Both the position numbers and the translations under genes were made by a program. The notes beneath the pieces are model-generated. The model saw nothing but the letters and a program-made list of their open reading frames with translations, was not told where the DNA came from and did no database searches. This document shows positions 38,816 through 53,060 of a DNA stretch of 64,000 nucleotides, in pieces; position 1 is the first letter of the stretch, and the number at the start of each line of letters is the position of its first letter. The DNA comes from Octopus sinensis (Eukaryota). The DNA lies in NCBI RefSeq assembly GCF_006345805.1, contig NC_043002.1, positions 107,446,001 to 107,510,000 of the forward strand, in the 5' to 3' direction.

Positions 38816-39239
38816 ATTTACTAGCAGGACCGTGGGAATACGGCATTTTATAAATATGTCTTCATTTGTATAAATTTCCAGATCTTCATATAATTTCTTT
38901 GAAAAAAATCTTGATTATGTCTCCAGCGTCATTCCATAATTTTAAGGTTGTTAGTGGAAAAGAAGGAACATTCAAACTCATTTCATTATGTCTTGGATTT
39001 TGTTCCATAGTTAAAGCTTCTCAAAACCTAACAAGAGAGGCAAAGTAATTAAGGATTTGTTAGAAAAAATGAATCATTTATTATTAGAATTTGTGCCGAA
39101 ATTAAATGTTTGTTGTAGTTTACAAAACTACTTGAATAATAAACAGAAAGGAGCTCATGTAAGTTTCTTTAGTTTTTGATATATATAATCAACACTATTT
39201 AATGTCCATGCTGGTAGGGATTGGATGGTTGAATAGGGT

Positions 39240-39483
39240 CCAGTTGACCAGAGGGGTTGTGTTAGTATGGTAGAGCTGAAAACGAGGTAATTTCTACTCT
39301 TCTCCTCTGGACGCCATCTGCTCGCGATACCAGAGGGTGCACACTCTCCTACCCTGATGTAATGTCCAGGGATACAGGCATCCAGCAAGAGGACCTCCGT
39401 AATGCTATGATGGACAGTGAGGTCTGGCACAACATAGTAAATTCCATTGTCTCGACCACGGTCGAACAATGATGATGATGATG
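39240..39483 (+). pseudogene. 3' end of an RTE-clade LINE
   Basis: Manual translation LLLWTPSARDTRGCTLSYPDVMSRDTGIQQEDLRNAMMDSEVWHNIVNSIVSTTVEQ* matches the RTE C-terminal pattern (LLWxP...D...DR..W); (TGA)n tail. Confidence 0.7.
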
Positions 39484-40320
39484 GTTTCTACAACTGGATA
39501 CCCTTCCAAGTGGCACCCACTTTACAGAGTGTACTGGGTGCTTTATTCATGGCACCAACATTAGTGAGGTCACCAAGCAAGCAGCTTGCAATAGGAGTGC
39601 AGTTCTGAGGGAGGTAGCTTTATATCAGGCATTGAGAGGCTAAAGTATGATAGAGGGACAGGCACAGGTGTCTTGTTGCGGAGGAGATACATGGCTACTC
39701 TTGGAGGTAAGGGAGAAAGAATGGTGGAGATGAGGTATCAGAGCATACGGTGAAGCTACAAGAATGTGAATAAAGTGGGAACGGGGACAGAGGGTTGAAT
39801 GAGTAGGCACAATCACAAGAGTGTGAAAGGAGAGTGACTGACGGTTAGAGGTGAGGGTAGAAGTGAAAGCAAATAAGTTGAAGAAGGGTGGAGGCATGGA
39901 CAATGGTCGAATCCCAGTTTGGGGTAAGTTAAAGGAAAACAGGATCTCGTTTTTATGTTCAGCTGTCCCTCCTTCACTGTCTTTCATTCAGCGTTGAGAA
40001 CTGGGTCTTTAGTATACAACATTTTACAAGAGATTTGCTCTGTTATGGCCCAAGGGATTGTAATAAATAGATTGGTGCCAAGAACTGAGCTGCAATGGAT
40101 ACCTACATACACACGTGGAAATTCCTTGCAGAACTCATTGTTACCAAATTCACTCACATAATGTTGATCAACCTGGATGCTGGAAGACAGTAACCATGTG
40201 GTTTTGGTTTCAGTCCCAGGGCACAGTACTTTGGGTATCTAAGTGAACTTCTTAAACACACAACCATGCTAGTGTTTATATTTTTTCTTCTATGTATGTA
40301 TGCATGCATGTATGTGTTTG

Positions 40321-40379
<59 letters not shown>

Positions 40380-40456
40380 GTCTGTCTGTTTGTCCAGCTA
40401 TCTTTCTCTCTAGCTAAATAGCTACCTAGCTATTTATCTATCTATCTATCTCATAT

Positions 40457-40549
<93 letters not shown>

Positions 40550-40779
40550 AATCAAGAGTACAGGAAAAAAACAACAAATGTCAATTAGACGTACAAGGTG
40601 AATATACTAGACTGATGTTCAGTGGAAGTTTTAGATGGAAAAACAGAAGTGGAAATGACATTTCAAGCATGGCTCTCCATCGGAAAGAGGAAAAAGTTCA
40701 TTGATGAGGAAAAGGAAGAAGGAGTAGATAGGCCGAGAAAAGCACATCTCATTTACATGGCTGAAGAAACTAAACTCTA

Positions 40780-40811
<32 letters not shown>

Positions 40812-40812
<1 letters not shown>

Positions 40813-41213
40813 TAGCAGTATCGCCCGGCGTTGCTCGGATTTGTAAGGGAAATAACTATATAAGCATTTTTAGAGATGTAAAGTATAATAGCCATCTCAA
40901 TATGGCTAACCACAAAGGGGGTGGGTGTTACTGTAGCTTTTTACTTTCTGAGATTTAATAATACATTTTTAGAGAGTTACTTCCCTTATATAAACCGAGC
41001 GAAAATGCATTAAAAATGTGGAAAAATTATGGTAAATTTTTTTTTAAATCGTAGACTCATCGTAGACATGCGCTAATACCCAGAAGGGCTCGATATGAAT
41101 CACGACTATAAGATACCCGGTTTTGGTTACACTGCACCGCAAAATGTGGGAGTAGTTAGGAATCTAAATCGTAGGAGACAGACACCACACAACCTCTCTT
41201 TTATATATATAGA
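40812..41213 (-). mobile_element. Non-autonomous Helitron (family 1 variant)
   Basis: Same termini as the other family 1 copies with a different ~100-bp internal module; sits at a (TA)n tract. Confidence 0.8.
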
Positions 41214-41385
41214 TATGTAGAATGCATGTTTGTATCTATGTTTTTATATATGCATTATTTCTCCCACTCTCTCTCTCTCATATGTGTGTTGAGTTTTTCT
41301 ATTTAGTATCAAACACCATATGATGTGATATAATTTCTTCTACCACCACCACCACTACTGCTGCTATCACGACAAATGGGTTTAA

Positions 41386-41628
41386 CCCCTTTCAACACAA
41401 CCGATTTGTAATCACCCCTTATTGTATTACACGAAAGGCTTATGTTGAAACTTAAACCTTCTGTTATGATTTTAAGAAACCTTTTGCTAAGTTATGTTTA
41501 TGTGCTAATTAGATTAATAATGGAAAAGTTGATTATTTTATTAAAACTTACCACATTCGTCATTGTTTTCCAAAATTAATTAAAATGCATGAACAGTGTG
41601 TTTCATTAAAAGTCTGATTAGGAAAGGG
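41386..41628. mobile_element. piggyBac-like MITE
   Basis: TTAA|CCCCTTTC ... GAAAGGG|TTAA. Confidence 0.6.
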
Positions 41629-42875
41629 TTAAATATAAGTGAATGTGACTATTGTTTGTTCTACAGGGGGAAAATGTAACAAGTGGGTGAGAATTCTAGG
41701 CCCCAGTATGAAATAAAGGTTTCTTATTGTGAGTTAGGTCCAGGTTTGTGTCCATAACCCTGTTGTTGAACAGGGATGGAATTTCTTCAAAATTAACGAT
41801 CCAACCAAAACAGACTAAATGAATTTAATAATTTCATTATTCTCAATCAGTTATTAAGATAATTACTAGATTTATGCTCAAAGATAGTTTTGTTGTGACC
41901 AGCTCAACTTTTTATGTTTCTGAGGCAACATACTCCAATGTATCTTTATTTAAGATAGTAGCATGTGATTTGAAGGAGATTTGGCTGCTATTTCTATTTG
42001 GCACATAGTGATCAATAAATTCAGCCTTGATCAGGCACACCTTGATCTGACATATCTATAAACCCTTTTGGTACCAACTCACCTCATACTGCCTCTAGTT
42101 CTATGATAGTTGTTTAAAGTGATCTAAATCAAAATCTCTCATTAAAATTTCAAATTAATTTTGGCTCTAATCACCAGCTGAATTATAACAAAATTATTTT
42201 ACAGAATTTATCATTATTATCAAAAATTAATTGACACCAAAGGACATCTATTTTAACAGAAATTCAGTTACAAAATGGCTAAAGGTCTCCCAGTTGTGGT
42301 CTGTACATTTTTTCAGGACTACATTATCCAACATAGTAGGATGCAGTTTGAGGAAAATTTGGATGCTATTTCTTGCAGGTTGAACAAACACGAAGAGATT
42401 GCTCCATTAGCTTTTTGGAAGCAAGTTGTAACAAGTGGTGGCGTTGTTGCTAAACAAAACAAGGTGCTAAATTTTGGAGAGAAGTATGATAACAGACAGC
42501 AGAGTGTAAAAATACTTGAAATGAGGGCCTAATATCGTGAGTAGATTAGCAACAAGAACATCTGTAGGACAAGTACTATCACCTGGAGAGGTCTATAAGT
42601 GTGGAGGTCGGTGATAAATCGGCCTTCTTCAAACACTTGCTATTATCTTTCTCTCTCTTTCTTTTCTTTAAGAGCCACTAACAACTGCTGCTCGTCTTCT
42701 TGTTTCTTTCTCCAACCGAAAGACAAGTTTTAATTTACTGAGATTTGTTTTTGTATACAACATTCTGTACATCACCATCTGCCTGACATTGTAATGAGCT
42801 TTGTTGATGAAATTGTTTCTTTGTCCTTGTTTCACAATCAATCTGAAATATCCTCATCATCGTATCATCATTTAA

Positions 42876-43095
42876 CCCTTTAGTGTTTAAACCGGCCATA
42901 TCCGGCCCAAATATTCTATATGTTTGATATTCAAACTGGCCATATCTAGCCTATCACACCTAACCTACATTGACATTCTAAAAATAAACAATCATATCAT
43001 TGAAACCTCAAGGCTATAACATAATGCATGATTAATTCAAAACAATTTGAGTGAAAAAGTATTACATTTAATAGAGAAATTTGAACATCAAAGGG
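42876..43095. mobile_element. piggyBac-like MITE
   Basis: TTAA|CCCTTTAGTGTTTAAA ... TTTGAACATCAAAGGG|TTAA; a related truncated copy lies near 18870-18990. Confidence 0.75.
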
Positions 43096-44209
43096 TTAAT
43101 GTCCATTGTCCATGCTGTCATGGGTTGGGCGGTTTGACAAGGACTGGAAGGCTGCACCAGACCCCTGTCTGATTTGGCATGGTTTCTATGGCTGGATGTC
43201 CTTCCTAACGCCAACCACTCCAAGAGTGTAATGGGTGCTTTTACGTGCCATTTGCATGATACCAATACCTGCCTTGATTGCAATTTTGCTTGGCTTGTTG
43301 GGTTGGGGTTTATTCTGCTCCAACTTAATTGAAGCCCCATACCAAGTAGAGACCTCTTACAGGGTCACCTGGCCTACTCAAAATGACTGCTATCTTCAAA
43401 AGTAAGGACATGTTTGGATCTATTCTTAGATACACTGTGCTTGGATTAACATTGAGAAATGAAGAAGATGGTTGTTATTGAAATATCTTTAATGATAGAC
43501 CTGTTTAATCAGGACTAACCAAGGTTTAAACAGCGACATATACTTGCTTGAGCTAACAAGACAGAACTTACTTGGTTACTCAACCTACTAGAAAGAGCAG
43601 CCAAATCAGAACTGACTTGCAGACAACCAACAACTTGTGTGGCAGTTTTTGATGGTGTCCCCTTTTTAATGACTACTCAATATTTACACAATTCATGAAG
43701 AAGACAAGCCAACACCCAGAATTATTAATGTATTCAACTAACCCCTTCCTCTCAGCTTTGTCCCATCCCCTCAAAATTGATGGTCCTATGGTTAAATCGG
43801 AAGCCATTATTCTTTTCTACTCTAGGCACAAGGCCTGAAATTTTGGGGGAGGAGGCCAGTCGATTAGATTGACCCCAGTGCGTAATTGGTATTTAATTTA
43901 TCGACCCCGAAAAGATGAAAGGCAAAGTCAACCTCGGTGGAATTTGAACTCAGAACACAAAGACAGAAGAAATACTGCTAAGCATTTTGCCCAGCGTGCT
44001 AACGTTTCTCCCAGCTTGCCCACCTTTTCAAAGGCCATTATTATCATTGTTATAGCATTGAGTTTGCCAAATCTTCAGCATGAACGACAAAATGTGTAGC
44101 AACATTTCTTCCAACCATTTACATTTGGAGTTCAAATACTGCTGAGGTAACTTTGTCATTAGTACCAGTCAAGCACTTTGTGCCTATATTAGAATCAATT
44201 ATTATAATT

Positions 44210-44692
44210 TAAGGTAACGAGCTGGCAGAATCATTAGCATGCCGGGCGAAATGCATAGCAGTATTTTGTCTGCCTTTGCATTCTGAGTTCAAATTCCACT
44301 GAGGTCAACTGTGACTTTTATCCTTTCAGAATTGATGAAATAAGTACCAGCTATGCACTAGGGTCGATGCAATCAACTAGCCCCCTTCCCCCCAAATTTT
44401 CAAGGCCTTGTGCCTAAAGTAGAAATAATTATGGTTTATGATTGTTGTTATTATTATTATATTATTATTATCATCAAGGCGGTGAGCTGGTAGAACTGTT
44501 AACATCCTGGACGAAATCCTTAGCGGTATTTCGTCTTCTTTACATTCTGAGTTCAAATTCCACCAAGGTTGATCTTATCTTTCATCCTTTCGGGGGGTCA
44601 ATAAATTAAGTACCAGTTGCGTACTGGGTCGATCAAATTGACTGGACCCCCTACCCACAAAAATTTCAGGCTTTGTGCCTATAGCAGAAAGG

Positions 44693-44731
<39 letters not shown>

Positions 44732-45965
44732 TTATTATTATTATTATTAAGGTGGCGAGGTAGCAGAATTGTTAGCACGCCAAGCAAAGATGCTTAGCAG
44801 TATTTTGCTCATCATGACATTCTGAGTTCAAATTCTGCCAAGGTCGACTTTGCCATTCATCCTTTTGGGGTCGATAAATTAAGTACCTATGAAGCACTGG
44901 GGTCGATGTAATTGACTAGTCCCCTCCCTCGTGCCTATAGTAGAAAGGATTTTATTATTATTGAGCTGGCAGAATCGTTAGCTTGCTGGGAAAAATGCTT
45001 AGCGGTATTTCATCTGTCTTTACATTCTGAGTTCAAATTCTGCCAAGGTCGACTTTGCCCTTCATCCATTTGGGGTCAATAAAATAAGTACCAGTTGAGC
45101 ACTGTGGTCGATGTAATCAGCTTACCCACTTTTCCAAAATTTCAGGTCTTGTGCCTATAGTAGAAAAGATTATTATTATAGTTGTTGTTGTTGTTGTTGT
45201 ATTTATTCTTGTCCCTTTATATTCTGAGTTCAAATCCCACAGAGATTGACTTTGCCTTTCAAAAACCCAAAACTATAATCATTCATGGGGCTAGAATCAA
45301 AATAGAATCAAAATAGACAGACTTCCAATAGGAATTAATGCAAGGGTTCTATTCAGAATTATGAAAAGGTGGTTTAGAAAGACTGTCTTGAATTTGTAAA
45401 TCAAATGGAAATTGTAGTTGTGATACCCGTGCCAGTGGCACGTAAAAAGCACCAACCGATCATGGCCGTTGCCAGCCTCCCCTGGCACCTGTGCCGGTGG
45501 CACGTAAAAACCACCCACTACACTCACAGAGTGGTTGGCGTTAGGAAGGGCATCCAGCTGTAGAAGCACTGCCAGATCAGACTGGAGCCTGGTACAGTTC
45601 AAATTCCGCCGAGGTCGACTTTGCCTTTCATCCTTTCAGAGTTGATAAATTAAGTACCAGTTGCATGCTGAGTTGATCGAATCGACTGCCCCCCCCCTCA
45701 AATTTTCAGGCCTTATGCCTAAAGTAGAAAAGAAAATTGGGCGTCTGAAAGGCAGTGAGCTGGCAGAAATGTTAGCACACCAAGTGAAATGCTTAGTGGT
45801 ATGTAGTCTATTTTTACGTTCTGAGTTCAAATTCTGCGAGGTCGACTTTGTCTTTCATCCTTTCAGGGCTAATTAAACAAGTACCAGTTATGCACTGGGG
45901 TCAATGTAATCGACTTAATCCCTTTGTATGTCCTGGTTTGTCCCCTCTGTGTGCAATAAAGAAAT
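44210..45965 (+). mobile_element. Cluster of family A SINEs separated by (ATT)n, plus one family C fragment
   Basis: At least six repeats of the CTGAGTTCAAATTC / CTTTCATCC / AAGTACCAG core. Confidence 0.8.
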
Positions 45966-46149
45966 AAATATGTATTTTAAGAATAAGAAGTTGGGAAATA
46001 TTAAATTACCCACATTTCAAAAACAAGGTAGAATTTCCCCGTCTTTACACAAACCAATATATCACAATTGAAAGTGGGGTATATAAATGCATGTGGTCTG
46101 GGGTCGGCCTGGGAACAAGGATATCTACTGAATGCTCGTGAGTCCCTAA

Positions 46150-46770
46150 ATCACTAAGTCCAGATGTGGTGGCCATCAACAAGACCAACATTACTGTGAT
46201 ACACTAATTTGTCTTCTTTTTTTATTGATTATAGAATCTGCCCCTCTTCTGGTTAACCCAGGTTAAGTGGCATGGCAGTGCTGTTCCAGAAAGATAGGAA
46301 TCTCAAGGGGTGAATTGCTGGGACAATGACAGCACACCACCGAGTCTCGATGGTATCATGATGAAAAATATAGAACTGGGAGAGGTGTCCTACCTAGGAC
46401 TTAATGTTCCTACAAGGACTTTGAGCTTGCATTGGGAATTTTGTTTAGATTCGGTGTAGCAGGTGTCCCTGGATATCAATAAGATTTGTAGGGCTCCACT
46501 GAGACCCCGGCAGAAATTCCTCTTGTTACAGCAGTACTACTTGATGGTGCTGCCGTCAAGAGGAATTCTCAAGAGTCTTGACACGGTCATCCGTGTAGGA
46601 GCTAGGCAGATTCCTCATCTCCCGGATACCACTTCTTCCTTTTTATATAGCAGCTATCTGTTATTATTACTGATAGACAGGGAGCATAACCTGTTGTGTG
46701 AGCTGAGGGGTGATGATGTTGTTGAAGATGGATTTGAACAGGGGTTGAGGGGGAATGGACAACTTTAAGC
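46150..46770 (+). pseudogene. R2/NeSL-like (RLE-clade) non-LTR retrotransposon RT/thumb fragment
   Basis: EVSYLGLNV, then ORF 46463-46768 INKICRAPLRPRQKFLLLQQY...LKSLDTVIRVGARQIPHLP, matching the R2/NeSL pattern APLKPQQK..L...D..IR....WLHLP. Confidence 0.65.
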
Positions 46771-47129
46771 CCATAAGTCTCCTCAGCATTTTAAGATTTT
46801 GATAAAGGTGCTTGCTGACTTAGAGGTTTGGCTTTTACAATGAGAGATGCACAAACTGGTGCAATTACTACCAGCTATATCAATGACAATCTACACCTCA
46901 TCTGACATGTCGGTATCATATCTTACCTCAGTGTACCTGTAATTAATTCAGCTCAGTCTCTTTTGTACATTTTAGCAGTGGAGCTATTCCTGCAGAGGCT
47001 GACAACATTGATGGTCATCCTGTTTGAACTGCAACTCAGATCAATTATATCTATATACACAGGTGACATCATTGTCATGGTGACAGATACATCACAGATT
47101 CCTGGCTGGTAAATAGGTGTGGTTACCAA

Positions 47130-47800
47130 TCGTGATTTTTTTTTTTTCTCTCTTAAACCGAACTCTTTGAGTTGCAGTCTTGCACCAAGCAAAGACTGAA
47201 CTTGGGTGTTTGATGTTTGAAATGTTGCCAAGCATTCACAGCATTCTACCAGCTGGATAATGGGGTGAGTGGAAAACCAGCTCTTGCATTCTGTAGAGGG
47301 ATAGTTAGAGGTATGAATGGTGAAGGCTTGGCAGCACTTCTGGGCGCTGATGAGGACAGTCTGGAGGACTTTCAGATCAAGTATTATAGGCAATTTCCAA
47401 AACTCTTTGGCCTGTTTGGAATAAACTTTCCAGGCATGGCTCTTTTAGGGCCCCAACTAAACATGTCCAAAATGCACATTATTGTTTTGTGGAGTTTCTG
47501 TTGAAAAGAAATCATCAGCTGAGTGTATCATGGAGATCAAGCCAAAGACCCTTCTTTTTAACAAGGAAGAACAGGTAGCCTTCCTCTACTTGGTGGTTGG
47601 GGCAAGGAAGCTTTGTGACAAGTCCTCATCAATCATTTCAAGCACTACTTGAAGAAGAAGGGATGGAAAGAAGGGGATAAAACTGATAAAAGCTGGGTTG
47701 CAGTGGTGAAATGGGTCCTAGCTTACACAGCTGTTGGTGTGGAGCACCCCAAGATTACTCTGGTTGTACTCTCCCCACCACCACCACCATTTCTGTTAGT
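47130..47800 (-). pseudogene. Rex-Babar-like LINE RT fragment
   Basis: Minus-strand remnants GAP..C.LGP (motif B), IDEDLS, YLFFLVKRRVFGL, KVLQTVLISAQK and STHP, in the order expected for a Rex1 C-terminus. Confidence 0.55.
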
Positions 47801-48134
47801 CTCTATTCTTTCTGCTATTTATGGTTCTCACTTAATACATTGTATGTTAGTTTGGGTGTTGGATTAACCCTTGAAAAAGATGGAGGTTCGATTTTTAGAC
47901 CAGACAGCTTTTTTGTGTGCTTAAGCAAGATGCTTCATTTCTCATCACTTCAGTCCACGTAGCTGCAAAAGAGTACTGCCGACAGCTGAAGGATTGCCTT
48001 GCTATGGTAGCTGGTCCCTTGTTTAAGTAGAGGGTGGACTACCTTGCTTCTGAAACCAGGGAGAGTCTCTGATTTAATGCTCCTCTGTATTCGAAATAGA
48101 CTTTAATTTATTAATGTATCTTCATCCGTTTCTT

Positions 48135-48358
48135 TATTACCCACAAGGGGCTAAACATAGAGGGGACAAACAAGGACAGACAAACGGATTAAGTCGATTA
48201 TATCGACTCCAGTGCATAACTGGTACTTAATTTATCGACCCCGAAAGGATGAAAGGCAAAGTCGACCGTGGCGGAATTTGAACTCAGAACGTAACGCCAG
48301 ACGAAATACGGCTACGCATTTCACCCGGCGTGCTAACGGTTCTGCCAGCTCGCCACCT
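48135..48358 (-). mobile_element. SINE family A
   Basis: Complete reverse copy. Confidence 0.85.
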
Positions 48359-49015
48359 TATTAATGTATCTTCATCGTTGATGCTCCACCCATGCCAGCG
48401 TAGGCGACGGTCATTAAATGATGATGATAATGTCATTATTGTTGATCTCATCCTCTCACACGATTCAAACCCCATTGTTTCTTGTTGTCTTTCCTATTTT
48501 GCACTGCCCCCTCTGTTTTGAGCCCTTTATAGCAAATACAATAAACCCTCATCGTCGTCGTCCTCATCATCAATACTGAATTTACAAGTTTAGTTTTTGT
48601 TGATCGTTTCATTCCTCCAAAGAAAATCAAAGTGGGGGAAAAAGGTGAGACAGAAAAAAACAGATAGATTGGGTATATATACAATTGCTAATTAACAGCG
48701 TAACAGATAGAATCTAATTAGATCGATATATGGTAAGGGACGATGGGATAGGACGGGCCCGAGCAGCAGCAACAGCAACAACAACAGGACAATAGACACT
48801 CGTGTGGATAAATAAGCACAGTGTTTATAATTGAGTGTGTTTTAGGGCAGGGTACACAATATACAGGTACTTTACGAGATGGTGAGAGGCATATGAATGA
48901 ATGTGTGTGCGCGTGTGTGTGTGTATGCTTAGGCGTGTAGGTCACCGTTTGGGTTTTCAGCTATTTTGTGTGTATGTCTGTGTGAGAGAGATTTTGAAAC
49001 TAGCATTTTTGCTTA

Positions 49016-49048
<33 letters not shown>

Positions 49049-49550
49049 TTATATATATGTGAAAATATATGCAGGTTTTTAATTATTTATTCACATCCAT
49101 CACGCCCCACCCCTGGTTTTTTTTTTATTTATTTGTTTCCATGCTTCACTTGGTATGGACTATTGTTGTTGTGATGGTTGCTCTTGTTTTTCTTCTTTTC
49201 CCCCCTGTCTTCTTCTTCTTCCCCTCTCCTCTCTCTTCCCCTATCTTACCTCTTCCCCTCCTTCCTCCCTCTCTCCTCCCGCTTTCCTCTCTCCTCCTTC
49301 TTTCCTCTCACACCTCATCTGCTCTCTCCCCCATTCCCTTCGCCATCCGATGGTTAATTTCTTCCCTCCCCCTCTCTCTCTAGTTTACCCTCTTTCTTTC
49401 TCTATCATCTGTCTCTCTCTTTATATACATATATATATATATGTATATATATACCGCCTCCCTTCTTCTTCTTCTTCTTCTTCTCTCTCCCCACGCGAGA
49501 TCACTGCCAAATAAGGAACACCTACTTTACATATCTGTAGAGATCTGACG

Positions 49551-49610
49551 GCAGGTGCATCTCTATGGGAAATTACTTTCCTCTCTTTTCCTTCTTCTGG
49601 TTGGCAGCTG
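49551..49610. promoter_or_regulatory. Candidate proneural/Su(H) enhancer module
   Basis: GCAGGTG (49551-49557), TATGGGAA (49564-49571) and GCAGCTG (49604-49610) within 60 bp of apparently unique sequence. Confidence 0.3.
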
Positions 49611-50252
49611 AATTCATATAAATCCAGACCAAGAAGAAAGGAATAGGTATACATACATACATACAAAATATATATATATATACATTACAGCAAATACACA
49701 TTATAGTCACACAAACACGCGCATACATGAATATATATGTATTTATTAGTCGCGTGTGTCGAAGTCTACACACTCGCCGATGTGTTTATACTTACCTATT
49801 GGTATGTCCATAAAGTAATATATACACTGTTGGCTCTTATGTATAGTAATGCTTGTCAATTAGTGTATGAAACTTAAATTGCTAATAATAAGGTCTTGTT
49901 GCGTGTGACGCGCACGCACGCACTTACATGAATGGGACGAGAAGAGAAGCCGGAGGGGGAGAGAGAAATAACATTTAAGTTATATTATTACATCCTAAAC
50001 ACCACCAAACAAACATTTTAAGCACAGTTTGGCTACTTTGTTTTAGATACATCACTTTATTAGAAGCCTTCTTAGTCAATTAATCAAAGAAAACTGTATG
50101 TGTATTTAATATATGTAATGGCCAGTTAGAAGTTGTTTTAAAGGTCCCATCCAGACGTCCGTTTATAAATAATAGGTAAGTCAAGTCTTCATTCTGTTTA
50201 AGGCGAGACACGCGTTATTATATTCTTTCTTTATACATACATGTATATAAAT

Positions 50253-50290
<38 letters not shown>

Positions 50291-52329
50291 TCACACGAGC
50301 ACACACTGTATCTTCCATTTTTTTGGTTTCATTTTTCTTTCTATCTTGCGAATAAAAAGTAAAGATAACTTGGACATTACTAACATGGAAGGTAGAGAAG
50401 TTAACTAATTCGTTATGTGCGTAAGGCAAAAAATATATGTTTACTGACAAATTAGACTAAGTTAATAAGTGGGGGCCAGAATGACATTCATGCCTTTCTC
50501 AAGGGCATTATTAAGCTTCAGTCAAAAGATAATTATTTCAGCCCAATATTATTAACAAGGATTCTAAAAACCAATGCATGTATATTTTTATTTCAGTTGG
50601 ATACAAAAGCCTTTAACTGTCCCCGACCCGTCAGGGTGAACGCGTGGAGAATGGCTATACAAACTTAAACTTTTTTTCAACAATATCATTAGAATTGTGT
50701 CTATTAGAATTTCTTTATTAATAATCCGTTCTGTTTTCTTCTTAACTTCGTTTTTGTAGCGATATTTTAAAAACTGTTCGTAAGTCCATTGTTGCACCTC
50801 ACTTTTTTTTATATTTATATATATATATATGTATATATATATTGTGTCCCCCCCCCTACCTATCCTTGTCTGTCTGAACACCTCCTTCTAATTCCCTCCC
50901 AATTGTTATTACTGGGAACACCTGTGTGGCTTTCTGTTTATTTATTGTTCGTTAAACACGCGTGCTGCTTCGACTACGTGTTGCTTGTACACACACACAC
51001 ACCACACCACGTATTTGTCGGATTACCATCACCATCTCATTGGCGTGTATTTTACTAAAAAATATGTAAGTTTTTAATTTTTACCCTTTTAAAAAAAAAG
51101 CTTTTTAAAACTTCACTTTATATATTATAATAAGGCCGGGTGAAAACTTTGAACGTTTTTCTTCAAATGAGTTGGAGACCGCGGCAAGTTGTTAGCATGC
51201 GACTGAAGGTTCTATCGGCGTGTGTCAGGCCGTTTCACATGACTGCATTCGCTTCCTCGCATTTCTCTACTGTCCCCCCCCCCCAACCTTTGCTGTCGCG
51301 TAAAAAAAGAAAAGTTTCTCTGTTAAAGGCCAACAATGCGGTTACTCGACATGTTAACAATAACAGCCAAATTATCGCCTTCACAAAACAATCTCTATTG
51401 TATGAAATGAAACAAACAAAAGAATGAGGGGGGAAACTGCACTAAAAAATAAAATGGCATGACTATGGACTTGGAAACGATTTAAGAAAAAAATTCGGGC
51501 CCGTCCACATGAAAATACTCGTCAAATCGGATTTATGGGCCTCCCAGCAACCGGGCCACACGTTTTGACCGGCGCGACACAAGAACTTTCGATGTAAAAG
51601 TAGCAGGAAAGCTTTTAGCTTCCATTAAATTCACCAGAAGTATATTTAATTAAAACTTGAACACTAAAATTGTACAGATTTCACTTCGAAATATTCTTAG
51701 TTCTGAATCAAATGAGGGCGAAACAATTTTTTTTTTTTTTTCATAAAATTTGAAAATAAAAACAAAATAGCTTAAGAATTATCTTTCTCTTGGGTTTTTG
51801 TACATTTTTTTTTTTTTTTGTTGAGAACTTATAAATATTAAACCGCGTATTTTAATATTTAAAACTTGCATCGCTGGTGAGCACGCCGTTTCATAAAGTG
51901 CCAATATTTGAACCGAGGTACAATATAAAAACTCTCTCCCCGTTCTAAATCTCTCTAGGAAATCCATGACTGTCGTTTGCATGGTTTTAATAATGGTGTT
52001 GCTTAATACTTTTGGAGTTTCTCATTCTGTGAATCTTTTGACATCAGTAAAATACTTCGTGAAATGGACCACGACGGCGGAGTTTCAGTTCCCGGCCAGA
52101 ACCATTTCATTTCATTGAATGCCACCTTTAATGCACAAACGAAGAAAGGATGAAGACTACTACATCATCAAAAATCTGTTTTAATTATAAACTTTTTAGT
52201 TGTTTTTTTTTTTTTTCGACATTTACTTTCTCTCTGTTTTGAGTTTATTATGTATCGATTAGAAATCGAACGTTCGTCTTACCGACTTGCAACTGAACGA
52301 GCCAAGAACTTCGATGAAAGAAAAATTGG

Positions 52330-53060
52330 CGGGTTTGCGGCGGGGGCCGGGAAGGAAGGTGGAGGAGAGAGAGAAAGAGAGAGATGTCGGTTCAAAAGCG
52401 CCGCCGCCGCACGCGCACACCTTGCGCTGCTGCTCTTTGGCCGACTGATGACATCAGGTGCCGGCAAGCGGCAAGTTGGATTTGAACTTGCAAAGGAGGT
52501 GAGTTCATATCTCCTTTGCAAGGTGTTATTGTTAGCGAGAGAGAGGCCCCTCGCACTCATATTTAATGAATCACATTGTCACAAACTCCCATATTATTAT
52601 TATTATTTATTATACGCACACACACACTCACAGATACCGCAAGTGTCCCATTCTTTAATAAACAGCTTAAATTGTCCGCTGTATGTAGAGGAGGAGGAGG
52701 GGGGGTTACCTTTTAAAAAGTTATTACTTGGTTTTGATTGGTTTCTTTCTGATTTCCATCCCCCCCCTTCCTCCCTCCCTCCCGCATCCATTCCGCCGCC
52801 GTCGCCGCCGCCGCCACCAGTGTCCGCACGCTTCTTTGCTTACTTTGTGTGTCTGTGTGTGTGTGTGTGTGTGTGTGTTCGTTCGGTACCTGGGGTTGCT
52901 CATGTGTCAGCACGCCGCCGCCCGCGCGCCCGCCTGCCTGCCCGCCTCGTCGTCTGTGTACGTGTGTTCGAGCTGGCTTCGTGTAACAGGAGTTCGCTAG
53001 CCGCGGCTCGCGCGCGCACGCGGGTGTGCGTGTGTGTGTGTGCGTATGTTTGTGCTCGCG
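52330..53060 (+). promoter_or_regulatory. GC/CpG-rich promoter or 5'-UTR region of the DSL gene
   Basis: Sharp local GC/CpG enrichment 0.7-1.4 kb upstream of the ATG; consensus donor GAG|GTGAGT at 52499; palindrome CTGATGACATCAG overlapping CAGGTG near 52445-52460. Confidence 0.5.

Noticed and set aside
38831-38838. Isolated Su(H)-type sites (CGTGGGAA here, others scattered)
   Set aside because: Single 7-8-mers are expected by chance in 64 kb and have no supporting cluster.
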